Positions 1 through 8,626 of a DNA stretch of 32,000 nt are shown piece after piece. Source of the stretch: Trichlorobacter lovleyi SZ. GTDB lineage: Bacteria; Desulfobacterota; Desulfuromonadia; Geobacterales; Pseudopelobacteraceae. The notes under the pieces are model-generated. The model was not told the DNA's origin. It worked only from the letters and a program-made list of their open reading frames with translations, and did no database searches. Each line of letters opens with the position of its first letter. The first letter of the stretch is position 1. The translations under genes and the position numbers were made by a program. The DNA lies in contig NC_010814.1 in assembly GCF_000020385.1 (NCBI RefSeq), positions 3,030,001-3,062,000 on the forward strand. The letters are read 5' to 3'.

Positions 1-1
1 C

Positions 2-571
2 ACCCATGTCGGCATCGGCGCCTCAACCGGCGGACCGGTGGCACTGCAGGAGGTGATCTCCCGCATCCCGATGAACTTCCCCTATGGTATCGTGGTGGCG
101 ATCCACATGCCCAAGGCCTTTACCGGTCCCTATGCCGACCGTCTGAATGCCAAGTGCTCCATAACGGTCAAAGAGGCGGTTGATGGTGAACCGATCAAAC
201 CGGGCACCATCCTGATCGCGCCTGGCGGCATGCACACCCAGGTGGTGCGCGGCGCCGGCGGTCTGGTGGTCAAGACAGCTCCGACCTCAGCCTACCCCCA
301 GTATGTCTATATCCCTTCCGTTGATCTGATGATCTCTTCCATGGCAGAGGCTACGGCAGGATCAATGCTGGGTGTTGTTCTGACCGGTATGGGTAATGAT
401 GGCTTCAAAGGGATGCAATTGCTGAAGCAAAAAGGCGGGGTAACCCTGGTGCAGGATGAGGCGACCTCAACCATTTACGGCATGCCCAAGGCCTGCGTTG
501 ATGGCGGAGTGGCTGATGAAGTGCTGCCGCTGGGACAGATCGGCTACGAGATTGGCAAGTTTATGGGATAA
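2..571 (+). CDS. cheB: Chemotaxis protein-glutamate methylesterase CheB, catalytic domain (5' partial, runs off the window start)
   Basis: The frame is open from nt 2 and reads THVGIGASTGGPVALQEV... The GASTGGP serine motif, a downstream His region (AIHMP) and GMGNDG are CheB methylesterase signatures. Stop at 569-571. Confidence 0.9.
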   Translation, partial: THVGIGASTGGPVALQEVISRIPMNFPYGIVVAIHMPKAFTGPYADRLNAKCSITVKEAVDGEPIKPGTILIAPGGMHTQVVRGAGGLVVKTAPTSAYPQYVYIPSVDLMISSMAEATAGSMLGVVLTGMGNDGFKGMQLLKQKGGVTLVQDEATSTIYGMPKACVDGGVADEVLPLGQIGYEIGKFMG

Positions 572-594
572 CAAGATCCCGTTATACAGACGAC

Positions 595-631
595 AAAAAA
601 GGCGGCCAGCTGAAAACTGGCCGCCTTTTTC
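595..631. terminator. Bidirectional rho-independent terminator between convergent cheB and prfC
   Basis: AAAAAAGGCGGCCAG-ctgaaaa-CTGGCCGCCTTTTT is a perfect GC-rich stem flanked by an A-run and a T-run. Confidence 0.7.
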
Positions 632-955
632 TATCTTTGGGCATACACCACCAGCCCTTTGCTACTGCTGTCCACCCTGCAGTTGGAGTACCCCAAACGT
701 TTCAGGCGCCGCAGGATAAAAAAGGCAGCAACCTTGTGCACATCAGGCAGAATCAGCGGAAAATGATCCGTAGGCAGATCGGTCATCGCCCGCCAGGTTG
801 CAGAAAAAGATTTCTTACCCATACATTACGTCCAATAAAAAGAAGATTTTTTTGTTCTGGTTCTGTCACGGAAGGGAATGCGCGGAGGCGTACAGAACAG
901 TACGCCGCACAAGCTGTCACGCATCGTGACAGGGCCAGGGCGAAAAAAGACCATT

Positions 956-2542
956 TTAACTGTGCTCTGAAGTGGCGTGAAACTCCAGATCCGGCCAGTT
1001 CTCTATCGTATTATCCAAACGCCACTGACTGCCTGCCATGTAGGTCAGCTTGCCTTCGCCATCAATGTACAGGTTCATCTTCTCTTTCTTCTCAAAATCC
1101 TCGATCAACTTCTTTTCACCGGTTACCCAGCGGGCCGTGGCATAGGCCACCGGCTCGTAGGCGATCTTGACGCCGTACTCAAACTCCAGCCGGTGTAGCA
1201 CCACCTCAAACTGCAGGATACCAACCGCACCAACAACCCATTCTGCACCGAAGATCGGCTTAAAGACCTGGGTCGTACCTTCTTCAGCCAGCTGCACCAG
1301 CCCTTTCTCAAGGGCCTTGGATTTCATCGGATTCAGCAGCCGTACCTTACGAAAATGTTCCGGCGCAAAGCTGGGGATACCGGTAAACTTCATCTCCTCT
1401 CCCATGGTAAAGGTATCACCGATCTTGATGGTGCCATGGTTGTGAATGCCGATGATGTCACCGGGGAAGGCCTCTTCCACGTTGCTGCGATCCTGGGCCA
1501 TGAAGATGGTGGCATTGCTGATCTGGAAATCACGTCCCAGACGCAGGTGGCGCACCTTCATGCCACGTTCAAAACGGCCGGAGCAGATCCTGAAAAAGGC
1601 AATCCGGTCGCGGTGGGCCGGGTCCATGTTTGCCTGAATCTTGAAAACAAACCCGGAAAACGGCTCCTCATAAGGGGAAACCAGCCGGGTGGTGGTGGCG
1701 CGGGGCCGGGGATGGGGGGCATTCTGGACAAAGGTATCCAGCAGTTGCTGAACCCCGAAGGTGTTGATGGCACTGCCGAAAAAGACCGGAGTCTGACGTC
1801 CGGCCAGATAGGCATCCAGGTCAAAAGGGTGGGCCGCCCCTTCCAGCAGTTCCACGTCGTTACGCAGCTCTTCAGCCTGACTGCCCAGCAGTTCATCCAG
1901 CAGCGGATCATCCAGCCCCTGCACTGCCACAATCCGATCAACCCCATGCTCGGCATCAGGATCAAACAACAGCACCTCTTTGCTGTAGAGGTGATAGGTG
2001 CCACGAAAACGCTTACCCATGCCGATCGGCCAGGTCATGGGGGCGGTCTGCATCCCCAGGTTCTTCTCCACATCATCCAGCAGGTCCAGCGGCTCCTGCC
2101 CTTCCCGATCCAGCTTGTTCATAAAGGTCATGATCGGGGTGTCGCGCAGGCGACAGACATCCAGCAGCTTCTTGGTCTGGCTCTCCACCCCTTTGACCGA
2201 GTCGATCACCATCAGGGCCGAGTCAACGGCGGTCAGCACCCGGTAAGTATCCTCGGAAAAGTCGTTGTGACCGGGGGTATCCAGCAGGTTGATCTCAAAG
2301 CCGTCGTAGGTAAACTTCATCACCGATGAGGTAACTGAGATGCCACGCTGTTTCTCCAGCTCCATCCAGTCCGAGGTGGCATGCCGACCTGATTTGCGGG
2401 CCCGCACTTCACCCGCCTGTTGGATAGCACCACCGAACAGCAGCAGCTTCTCGGTAATGGTGGTCTTACCGGCGTCAGGGTGGCTGATGATGGCAAAGGT
2501 GCGCCGCTTGTTGACTTCTTCCTGATTGAACATAGCTTCCAC
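956..2542 (-). CDS. prfC: Peptide chain release factor 3 (translational GTPase)
   Basis: The product has a GTPase G1 motif ([12 protein letters not shown]), DTPGHNDF and NKLD, and full-length RF3-like sequence. The start is placed at GTG 2542, 7 nt after AAGGAG. ATG 2533 is an alternative, and the ORF-track start at 2575 has no RBS. Confidence 0.93.
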   Translation of the reverse strand: MEAMFNQEEVNKRRTFAIISHPDAGKTTITEKLLLFGGAIQQAGEVRARKSGRHATSDWMELEKQRGISVTSSVMKFTYDGFEINLLDTPGHNDFSEDTYRVLTAVDSALMVIDSVKGVESQTKKLLDVCRLRDTPIMTFMNKLDREGQEPLDLLDDVEKNLGMQTAPMTWPIGMGKRFRGTYHLYSKEVLLFDPDAEHGVDRIVAVQGLDDPLLDELLGSQAEELRNDVELLEGAAHPFDLDAYLAGRQTPVFFGSAINTFGVQQLLDTFVQNAPHPRPRATTTRLVSPYEEPFSGFVFKIQANMDPAHRDRIAFFRICSGRFERGMKVRHLRLGRDFQISNATIFMAQDRSNVEEAFPGDIIGIHNHGTIKIGDTFTMGEEMKFTGIPSFAPEHFRKVRLLNPMKSKALEKGLVQLAEEGTTQVFKPIFGAEWVVGAVGILQFEVVLHRLEFEYGVKIAYEPVAYATARWVTGEKKLIEDFEKKEKMNLYIDGEGKLTYMAGSQWRLDNTIENWPDLEFHATSEHS

Positions 2543-2559
2543 GTTACTGCTCCTTACAC

Positions 2560-2585
2560 AGAAAAGGCGGGCCAAAAGCCCGCCT
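2560..2585 (-). terminator. Rho-independent terminator downstream of the DoxX gene
   Basis: On the minus strand, AGGCGGGC-ttttg-GCCCGCCT is followed by TTTTCTGTG. Confidence 0.6.
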
Positions 2586-2604
2586 GACAGGTTGATTGAT
2601 ACTG

Positions 2605-3051
2605 CTAGGCCCTGAAGATAAGACGGTCAATACACCACTTGCCGCCACCGGCCACCATCAGGTAGACCGCCATCCCCAGCAGGGCCAGCGTAAACTCGAT
2701 ACCGTGGCCGCGTCCGGAGACACAGTTGGCATTCATAAAGAAGCCATGGGCCCAGTGGACCTTGTAAATCGCCACTGCCATCACCGAGGCGATACCGGCT
2801 GCCGACACACGGGTCAGGAACCCGGTCAGTACCCCCAGACCGCCGCCAAACTCGGCAATAATCGCCAACAGGGTAAAGATCGGCGGTATCCCCAGTTTCT
2901 GCTCAAAGGTGGCAAAGGTTGCCGTTAAACCGCTGCCGCCAAACAGGCCGAACAACTTTTGCGAACCATGGGCAAGAAAGATCAGCCCCAGCGGGATACG
3001 GATGACCAGCGGTGCTACGGCATCAGACAGTTCAAAACCACCTCTGGCCAT
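2605..3051 (-). CDS. DoxX family membrane protein
   Basis: The product is multi-TM and DoxX-like ([13 protein letters not shown]..., [10 protein letters not shown]...). The start is set at ATG 3051 (MARGGFEL...) because the longer ORF to 3162 would run through the tRNA-Arg gene and its terminator. Confidence 0.85.
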   Translation of the reverse strand: MARGGFELSDAVAPLVIRIPLGLIFLAHGSQKLFGLFGGSGLTATFATFEQKLGIPPIFTLLAIIAEFGGGLGVLTGFLTRVSAAGIASVMAVAIYKVHWAHGFFMNANCVSGRGHGIEFTLALLGMAVYLMVAGGGKWCIDRLIFRA

Positions 3052-3070
3052 GGGACACCTCCGCAGCATG

Positions 3071-3099
3071 AAATAGAAAGGGGACCAATGGTCCCCTTT
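3071..3099 (-). terminator. Rho-independent terminator of tRNA-Arg
   Basis: On the minus strand, AAAGGGGAC-catt-GTCCCCTTT is followed by CTATTT, immediately 3' of the tRNA. Confidence 0.6.
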
Positions 3100-3109
3100 G
3101 GTGCTGATT

Positions 3110-3186
3110 TGGCGGGCGGTATTGGATTCGAACCAACGACCTTTGGCTTCGGAGGCCAACACTCTATCCAGCTGAGCTAACCGCCC
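3110..3186 (-). tRNA. tRNA-Arg (anticodon CCG), with encoded CCA
   Basis: The reverse complement is GGGCGGTTAGCTCAGCTGGATAGAGTGTTGGCCTCCGAAGCCAAAGGTCGTTGGTTCGAATCCAATACCGCCCGCCA. It folds as a cloverleaf with anticodon stem TTGGC/GCCAA, anticodon loop CTCCGAA and T-loop GGTTCGAATCC. Confidence 0.95.
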
Positions 3187-3197
3187 GTGAACTAAAT

Positions 3198-3226
3198 CTT
3201 TTACACTATCAGCCCTGCCAACTCAA
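3198..3226 (-). promoter_or_regulatory. Putative sigma-70 promoter of tRNA-Arg
   Basis: The minus strand reads TTGAGT-N17-TAAAAG, ending about 11 nt upstream of the tRNA 5' end. Confidence 0.4.
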
Positions 3227-3271
3227 GGGAAAAATCTGGTCAGCCCGGTGATGCTCTGCTACTATTGCGCC

Positions 3272-3868
3272 ATGTTGACCATTGGACTGACAGGCGGAAT
3301 CGCCACCGGCAAGAGTAGTGTTGCAGCGTTCCTGGCCGAACTCGGTGCTGAGGTGATTGATGCGGACCAGCTTGCGCGGGATGCGGTGGCTCCGGGCACC
3401 GCATCCCTGCAACGGATTGTGGAGCTGTTCGGACAACAGGCCCTGCAGCCGGATGGCAGCCTGAACCGTCAGGCAGTGCGGGAGCTGGTCTTTAACGAGC
3501 CGGACAGGCGGCAGCAGCTTGAGGCGATCCTGCACCCGGCCATCAAGGAGCTTGCCCTGCAGCAGATTGAGCAGGCACGAATCCGTGGTTCCCGCGTGGT
3601 GGTCTATATGGCACCGCTGCTGATTGAGGCCAAGGCCACCGACCGGGTGGATGAGATCTGGGTGGTGACTGTGCGGCCCGAGGTACAGCTAGAGCGCCTG
3701 ATGGCCCGCGACGGCTGCAGCAGGCCGCAGGCAGAACAGATCATAGCGGCCCAGATGCCGCTGGCAGAAAAAGAACGCTTCGGCGTGGTGGTTATCGACA
3801 ACAGTTCCAGCCTGGAGGAAACCCGTCATCAGGTTGAAGCGGCATGGCAGCAAAGGATCGGATCATGA
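3272..3868 (+). CDS. coaE: Dephospho-CoA kinase
   Basis: The product begins MLTIGLTGGIATGKSSV (P-loop at the extreme N-terminus) and has CoaE length and layout. Its stop overlaps the next gene's start (ATGA at 3865-3868). Confidence 0.9.
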   Translation: MLTIGLTGGIATGKSSVAAFLAELGAEVIDADQLARDAVAPGTASLQRIVELFGQQALQPDGSLNRQAVRELVFNEPDRRQQLEAILHPAIKELALQQIEQARIRGSRVVVYMAPLLIEAKATDRVDEIWVVTVRPEVQLERLMARDGCSRPQAEQIIAAQMPLAEKERFGVVVIDNSSSLEETRHQVEAAWQQRIGS

Positions 3869-5046
3869 CTGAACAACGCACCATACTCCGTCGTAAAAGC
3901 ACCGCTGTCAGACAACCGGACAGCCTGCTCAACCTGTTTGCCACGGTGCCGCTGGGGGCGGAAGAGCTGACTGCAGCAGAGCTGGGGCGGCTGGGAGCCG
4001 AAGGGATCACCGTGGTACGGGGCGGCGTCAGCTTCAGCGGCAACCACACCACCCTCTACCGCAGCCTGCTGCAGGTACGGACCGCCAGCCGGATACTGCT
4101 GCAACTGGGGCAGTTCCCCTGTGGATCGCCACAGGAGCTGTACGACGGCATGCGCAACCTCCCCTGGGGTGAGCTGCTGACCCCGACCATGACCCTGGCA
4201 GTGGACTGCACTGTGCGCGACTCCCTTATCACCCACTCCCACTTTGCCGCGCTGAAGGCCAAGGATGCCATTGTTGACCTGTTGCGGGACACAACCGGCA
4301 GCCGCCCTAATATCGACACCAAGGCACCTGATCTGCGGATCAACCTGCATATTGCCAAAAACCAGGCCAGTGTCTCGCTGGATGCCAGCGGTGATCCGCT
4401 GGACCGGCGCGGCTGGCGTCTTGACCGTAACGACGCCCCCCTGCGTGAAACCCTGGCCGCCGCCATCATGCTGCATACCGGCTGGGACGGCAGCGTACCG
4501 CTGCTTGACCCGATGTGCGGCTCCGGCACCCTGCTGCTGGAAGGAACCGCCATTGCGCTGAACCAGGTAGCTGGTGCAGGACGGGAGTTTGGCCTGATGC
4601 GCTGGCGCGATTTTGATCGCAGGCAGTGGGAGCAGGTTCTGCAGGAAGAGCAGGCCAAGGTAGCCGAGAGTCTAGATCTGCCGGTACTGGGCTATGATCA
4701 GGACCCACGGGCCATCATTGCCTGCCGGGAGAATGCCCGCCGGGCTGGGCTGGCCTATCAGGTGGCCTTTGACCGCAAAACGTTTGAGGAATCAGAACCG
4801 TGTGGCCATCAGGGGGTGTTGGTGATGAACCCGCCCTACGGTGTGCGGATGGGAGACAGACGGGAACTAGAGGTTCTGTACCGCAAGATCGGCGAGGTCT
4901 TTAAGCGCCGCTTCACCGGCTGGACCGCCTATCTGCTGGCCGGAGATCTGGAGCTGGCAAAACTGGTGGGGCTGAAGCCATCACGACGCTTTGTGCTGTT
5001 CAACGGACCACTGGAATGCAGGCTGCTGAAGTACGAATTATACTGA
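3865..5046 (+). CDS. THUMP domain-containing class I SAM-dependent RNA methyltransferase (RlmL/COG0116-like)
   Basis: An N-terminal THUMP-like region is followed by the SAM-binding motif DPMCGSGTLLLEG and the catalytic NPPYG. The start is chosen at the ATGA overlap with coaE. Confidence 0.85.
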   Translation: MTEQRTILRRKSTAVRQPDSLLNLFATVPLGAEELTAAELGRLGAEGITVVRGGVSFSGNHTTLYRSLLQVRTASRILLQLGQFPCGSPQELYDGMRNLPWGELLTPTMTLAVDCTVRDSLITHSHFAALKAKDAIVDLLRDTTGSRPNIDTKAPDLRINLHIAKNQASVSLDASGDPLDRRGWRLDRNDAPLRETLAAAIMLHTGWDGSVPLLDPMCGSGTLLLEGTAIALNQVAGAGREFGLMRWRDFDRRQWEQVLQEEQAKVAESLDLPVLGYDQDPRAIIACRENARRAGLAYQVAFDRKTFEESEPCGHQGVLVMNPPYGVRMGDRRELEVLYRKIGEVFKRRFTGWTAYLLAGDLELAKLVGLKPSRRFVLFNGPLECRLLKYELY

Positions 5047-6381
5047 TTCCTCACCGATCCCGTACCGCTTCATCTTGCGCCAAAGGGTGGTTTTATTGAT
5101 CCCCAGCAGGCGGGCTGCCTCCAGTTTGCGTCCATTGCAGCTCTTCAGTACCCGCAGGATATGTTCCTGTTCTGCCTCGTCAATCCGCAGTGATTCTACT
5201 TCATCCGTACCGGTAGCTTCATTCTGGCAGCCGATCAGCAGACTTTCTGGAGTCAGTACAGTGCCGGTTTCCAGGATCATGGCCCGCTCAATGATGTTCT
5301 CCAGCTCCCGCACATTGCCGGGATAGTCGTACTGTTCCAGCAGCCGCATGCCGGCCGGAGCAATACCGGTGATACGGGGATTAATGGCCCCATGTCCGGC
5401 CAGAAAATGTTCTGCCAGCAGGCGGATATCTTCAGGCCGTTCCCGCAGGGGCGGCACCCGCAGGGTCACCACCCCCAGCCGGTAGTAGAGATCAGCGCGG
5501 AACCTGCCCTGACGTGCCTCCTCTTCCAGATCCCGGTTGGTGGCAGCGATAATCCGGCTGTCAACCGGGATCGAGATACCGCCGCCGACCCGCTGCACCA
5601 CCCGTTCCTGCAGCACCCGCAGCAGCCGCACCTGAAAGGCGTTGTTGGTGGTACCGATCTCATCCAGAAACAGGGTGCCGCGGCTGGCCAGCTCAAAATA
5701 GCCGATCCGTTTGGCATGGGCGCCGGTAAAGGCCCCTTTTTCATGGCCGAACAGTTCGCTTTCCAGCACCCCCTCTGACAGGGCGCCACAGTTGACCGCG
5801 ACAAAGGGCTGTTCTCTGCGGGGCGACCAGAAGTGGATCGCCCGCGCCACCAGCTCTTTACCAACCCCGGTCTCTCCCTGAATCAGCACGGTGCTGTCAG
5901 TGCGGGCCGCCCGCCTGGCAAGATCAAGCAGTTGCTGCATCTGGGGGTTGCTGGTGAGCGGGATGTGGCGTGAACGCTGACGTTCCTGTTCACTGCGATA
6001 AAGCGCCACCTCGTCTTCAAGCCGTCGCTCCTTGAGTGCCCGGTTGATCCGCAACAGGACATCATCAGGATCAAACGGCTTGGCAATAAAATCGTAAGCA
6101 CCCTGTTTGACCGCAGCAACCGCGCTTTCCAGGGAAGAATGGCCGGTAATCACAAAGACAATCACCTGCGGATCGAGCTTGATCAGCTGTTCCAGCAGCT
6201 CCTGCCCCCCCATGCGCGGCATCTTCAGATCAGTCAGGACGATCTCTGCGCCGTGACGGCTGAAATGGTCCAGGGCATCGGCACCGTTGCTGAAACTGTG
6301 TACCTGATATTCCGGCCCCAGCATCCGGGTCAGAATCTTACAGGTCAGGGAATCATCATCAACCACCAGTACTCTGATCAT
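5038..6381 (-). CDS. Sigma-54-dependent response regulator (NtrC family: receiver + AAA+ + Fis-type HTH)
   Basis: The receiver domain reads VLVVDDD...LTDLKMP. The AAA+ domain has Walker A GETGVGKE and the sigma-54 contact motif [15 protein letters not shown]. The C-terminal HTH reads [21 protein letters not shown]. Confidence 0.93.
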   Translation of the reverse strand: MIRVLVVDDDSLTCKILTRMLGPEYQVHSFSNGADALDHFSRHGAEIVLTDLKMPRMGGQELLEQLIKLDPQVIVFVITGHSSLESAVAAVKQGAYDFIAKPFDPDDVLLRINRALKERRLEDEVALYRSEQERQRSRHIPLTSNPQMQQLLDLARRAARTDSTVLIQGETGVGKELVARAIHFWSPRREQPFVAVNCGALSEGVLESELFGHEKGAFTGAHAKRIGYFELASRGTLFLDEIGTTNNAFQVRLLRVLQERVVQRVGGGISIPVDSRIIAATNRDLEEEARQGRFRADLYYRLGVVTLRVPPLRERPEDIRLLAEHFLAGHGAINPRITGIAPAGMRLLEQYDYPGNVRELENIIERAMILETGTVLTPESLLIGCQNEATGTDEVESLRIDEAEQEHILRVLKSCNGRKLEAARLLGINKTTLWRKMKRYGIGEESV

Positions 6382-8315
6382 AGGCTGTTCTCCGCTGCCG
6401 TGTTCACCGGCAGTATGACGGTAAAGGTTGTTCCTGTGCCGGGCTGACTTGCAACCTCAATCTGTCCCCCCATCCCCTGCAGCATACCGTAGCTGACCGA
6501 GAGCCCCAGTCCGGTCCCCTGCCCCACCTCTTTGGTGGTAAAAAACGGGTCAAAGATCCGGTCAAGATGCTCAGCCTGAATACCGCAGCCGGTGTCGCAA
6601 AAACGGAACAGCATCCGATCTGCCTCTGCCTGCACCGAAACCGTTACTGAACCACCCGGCGTTGCATCAATGGCGTTCAGCAGAATATTGACAAAGACCT
6701 GCCGCAGCTGGTCGCCATCCAGATACAGACGAGGCAGCGGCCCTGTTTCAGTACATTGCAGGGCAACCTGCAGTTTTTCAGCACGCAAGCGGACCAGGGC
6801 AAAGGCATCCTGCAGCAGGGTCAGCGGATCATGGCTGGCAGGAACACCTTCCGAGCGCCGGGCAAAGCTGAGCAGGCCGCCGATGATACTGCTACATTTG
6901 CTGGCCTGATCAGCAATATCATCCAGATCCCCCTGCAGCGATTCCCGGTCACAACCACCCTGCGCAACCCCCTTGCGGGCCAGCAGTGCCAATGCCTTGA
7001 TATTACCCAGCGGCGTGTTCAGCTCATGGGCCAGACCGGCAGCCATCTCGCCAATGGAGGCCAGTTTTTCGGTAGTGCGGATCTGCTCCTCCACCCGCAG
7101 CTTCTCTTCAGCCTGTTCCTGCATGGCATCAGCCATCCGGTTGATCTCGGCAGCCAGAAATCCGACCTCGTCACCAACGGCAATCCTGATCCGCTCTTGC
7201 GGCTGCTGCCCCATCCGGCGCACCCCATCCACCACCCCCTGCAGCGGACGGGTCAAGGAACGGGCAAAAAAGAGCGAGACCGCCGTTGCCAGGATCACCA
7301 CCACCACGGCCCACAAACCGGTCAGACGCTTGATGGTGGCAAGGGGGCCGAGAAAAAAGTCCCGCTTGGCATTGACCACCACCACCCAGCCCCGATCCTG
7401 CTGCCCATAGGGAGAATAAAAGGCATGGGCCAGCATATCTCTGGTACGTGGATCACGGGTTATGCCGTGATCGCTGTTCATCCAGGCAGTGGTAATTTCA
7501 GGGGGATAATCGTTCAGGACGGTACGCTGACTGCCGGTCTGGTCGCCAAATTCGCAGGCCGTGTCGCGATGAAAGAGATAGATGCCGTTGCGCTTTTTGT
7601 CAGCCGGGTTGCGCTCCACCAGAAAGGCACTCCCCTCCTGCTCGGCAATGACCCGGTTGATCAAGCGACCGGCCTGATCACCCCAGACATTGATCACCAG
7701 CACCCCGACCCGCTTGTTACCAGCCAGCAGCGGCATGGCAAACCGTACCATGGCGGGGCAGAACGCCTCTTCTTCATCAATCTTGCCCCGTTCCAGGTTT
7801 GAGATCAGGATGCTGTTCTGCGGCAACTGCAGGGCCGCCTGAAAGAAATCCCTGCCACCGACAAAGTGCACCATCGGCATTTGATAGGGCTGCTGCGGGG
7901 GGCCAGCCGCCTGATTAACCTTGCCTTCCTTGACCTTGACCAGCACATGCCCGACCGGATCAATCAGGCGGATCGCCTGCAGGGCAGGATCAAGCTTCTG
8001 CCAGCCCAGGAAGCTCTGCTCCATCCGCGCAAGCACGGTTTTCAGCTGTAGCTGATTGCCCCCAAGCGCAGCAGTACGGAAGGCATCAAGCTCCGGCGAC
8101 CCGGCCATGGTGCGCAAGGTTGTCTGTGAATGATCAACCAGTTCTGCCAGCCCCTGGGCAGAACGGCTGGCCAGGGTGCTGACTTGGCGCCCGGCGTTCT
8201 GCTGCAGAATATGGGCGGTGGTCAGGATAATCAAGGCAGAGAAGGCGATCAGGGCAGGCACGGCCACCCCTAACAGGGCAATCAAGGTCTTGCGGCGAAT
8301 TCCGAGTCGTTGCAT
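6378..8315 (-). CDS. Sensor histidine kinase (two TM segments, large periplasmic Cache-like domain, HAMP, HisKA, HATPase_c)
   Basis: The product has H-box AGLAHELNTPLGNI, N-box NILLNAIDAT, G1 DTGCGI and G2 GTGLGLS. Two TM segments bracket about 300 aa. The start is at ATG 8315 (GGAG lies 6 nt upstream), and there is a 4-nt ATGA overlap with the response regulator gene. Confidence 0.9.
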   Translation of the reverse strand: MQRLGIRRKTLIALLGVAVPALIAFSALIILTTAHILQQNAGRQVSTLASRSAQGLAELVDHSQTTLRTMAGSPELDAFRTAALGGNQLQLKTVLARMEQSFLGWQKLDPALQAIRLIDPVGHVLVKVKEGKVNQAAGPPQQPYQMPMVHFVGGRDFFQAALQLPQNSILISNLERGKIDEEEAFCPAMVRFAMPLLAGNKRVGVLVINVWGDQAGRLINRVIAEQEGSAFLVERNPADKKRNGIYLFHRDTACEFGDQTGSQRTVLNDYPPEITTAWMNSDHGITRDPRTRDMLAHAFYSPYGQQDRGWVVVVNAKRDFFLGPLATIKRLTGLWAVVVVILATAVSLFFARSLTRPLQGVVDGVRRMGQQPQERIRIAVGDEVGFLAAEINRMADAMQEQAEEKLRVEEQIRTTEKLASIGEMAAGLAHELNTPLGNIKALALLARKGVAQGGCDRESLQGDLDDIADQASKCSSIIGGLLSFARRSEGVPASHDPLTLLQDAFALVRLRAEKLQVALQCTETGPLPRLYLDGDQLRQVFVNILLNAIDATPGGSVTVSVQAEADRMLFRFCDTGCGIQAEHLDRIFDPFFTTKEVGQGTGLGLSVSYGMLQGMGGQIEVASQPGTGTTFTVILPVNTAAENSL

Positions 8316-8326
8316 GGCAACTCCAT

Positions 8327-8385
8327 GGTGCAGTTTGCACCCTATAACAAGGACGGACCAGGCAGAAACAGGTGCAAATTGCACC
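8327..8385. promoter_or_regulatory. Two NtrC-type enhancer (UAS) palindromes, GGTGCA-N3-TGCACC
   Basis: GGTGCAGTTTGCACC lies at 8327-8341 and GGTGCAAATTGCACC at 8371-8385. Both are perfect dyads with centres 44 bp apart, in the kinase/cytochrome intergenic region. Confidence 0.55.
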
Positions 8386-8447
8386 TAAACAACCTACGCC
8401 ATTTTTAGCCATTACGCAACAATTTTAAATAACTGATGTTTTAAATG

Positions 8448-8463
8448 TGGCACAGATTATGTA
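8448..8463 (+). promoter_or_regulatory. Candidate sigma-54 (-24/-12) promoter for the multiheme cytochrome gene
   Basis: TGGCAC-agatt-ATGTA has a perfect -24 TGGCAC, but the -12 element is imperfect (TGT instead of TGC). It lies about 70 bp downstream of the UAS pair. An IHF-like ATCAG-N4-TTA sits on the bottom strand at 8426-8438. Confidence 0.4.
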
Positions 8464-8626
8464 AGTTTATAATCGGTTTCATAGTCCGGTTCCAGTTCAA
8501 GGGTGACAGCAAGACAGTGAAGAGTTCGGCGACGCAGGTGTACGTGCAATACATCGGGGAGCCAAAGACGAGCCACAAAGGTCGCGCCTTGAAGTGGAAG
8601 TGGAATTACATCTCAAGGAGGATATC

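Noticed and set aside
631-822. A 63-aa minus-strand ORF in the gap downstream of prfC.
   Set aside because: It has no Shine-Dalgarno sequence upstream of its ATG and no recognisable motif, and it starts inside the bidirectional terminator stem. I treated the region as non-coding (see finding).
1355-2329. A long plus-strand ORF (324 aa) antisense to prfC. Similar antisense ORFs lie at 3829-4476(-), 6756-7802(+), 12603-13277(+), 13102-13920(+), 19939-20715(-), 24501-25148(+) and 24637-25146(-).
   Set aside because: Each lies entirely inside a confidently identified gene on the other strand. Their products have low-complexity Gly/Pro/Arg/Gln-rich composition and no motifs. These are typical shadow ORFs of GC-rich coding DNA.
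3052-3162. An N-terminal extension of the DoxX ORF.
   Set aside because: It would overlap the tRNA-Arg gene and its terminator. The internal ATG 3051 gives a normal DoxX N-terminus.
8316-8384. An N-terminal extension of the histidine kinase ORF (ORF-track start at 8384).
   Set aside because: The extension would translate through both UAS palindromes. ATG 8315 has a GGAG at ideal spacing and begins directly with the basic-then-hydrophobic TM1 segment.
8464-8626. A possible GEMM-type (c-di-GMP/cGAMP) riboswitch in the 165-nt cytochrome leader. These riboswitches are common upstream of cytochrome genes in Geobacter.
   Set aside because: I could not find the conserved GEMM-I core elements (ACGCACAGGGCAAACC ... 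GGGACGCAAAGCC) on either strand, only loose resemblance. An Rfam scan would settle it.
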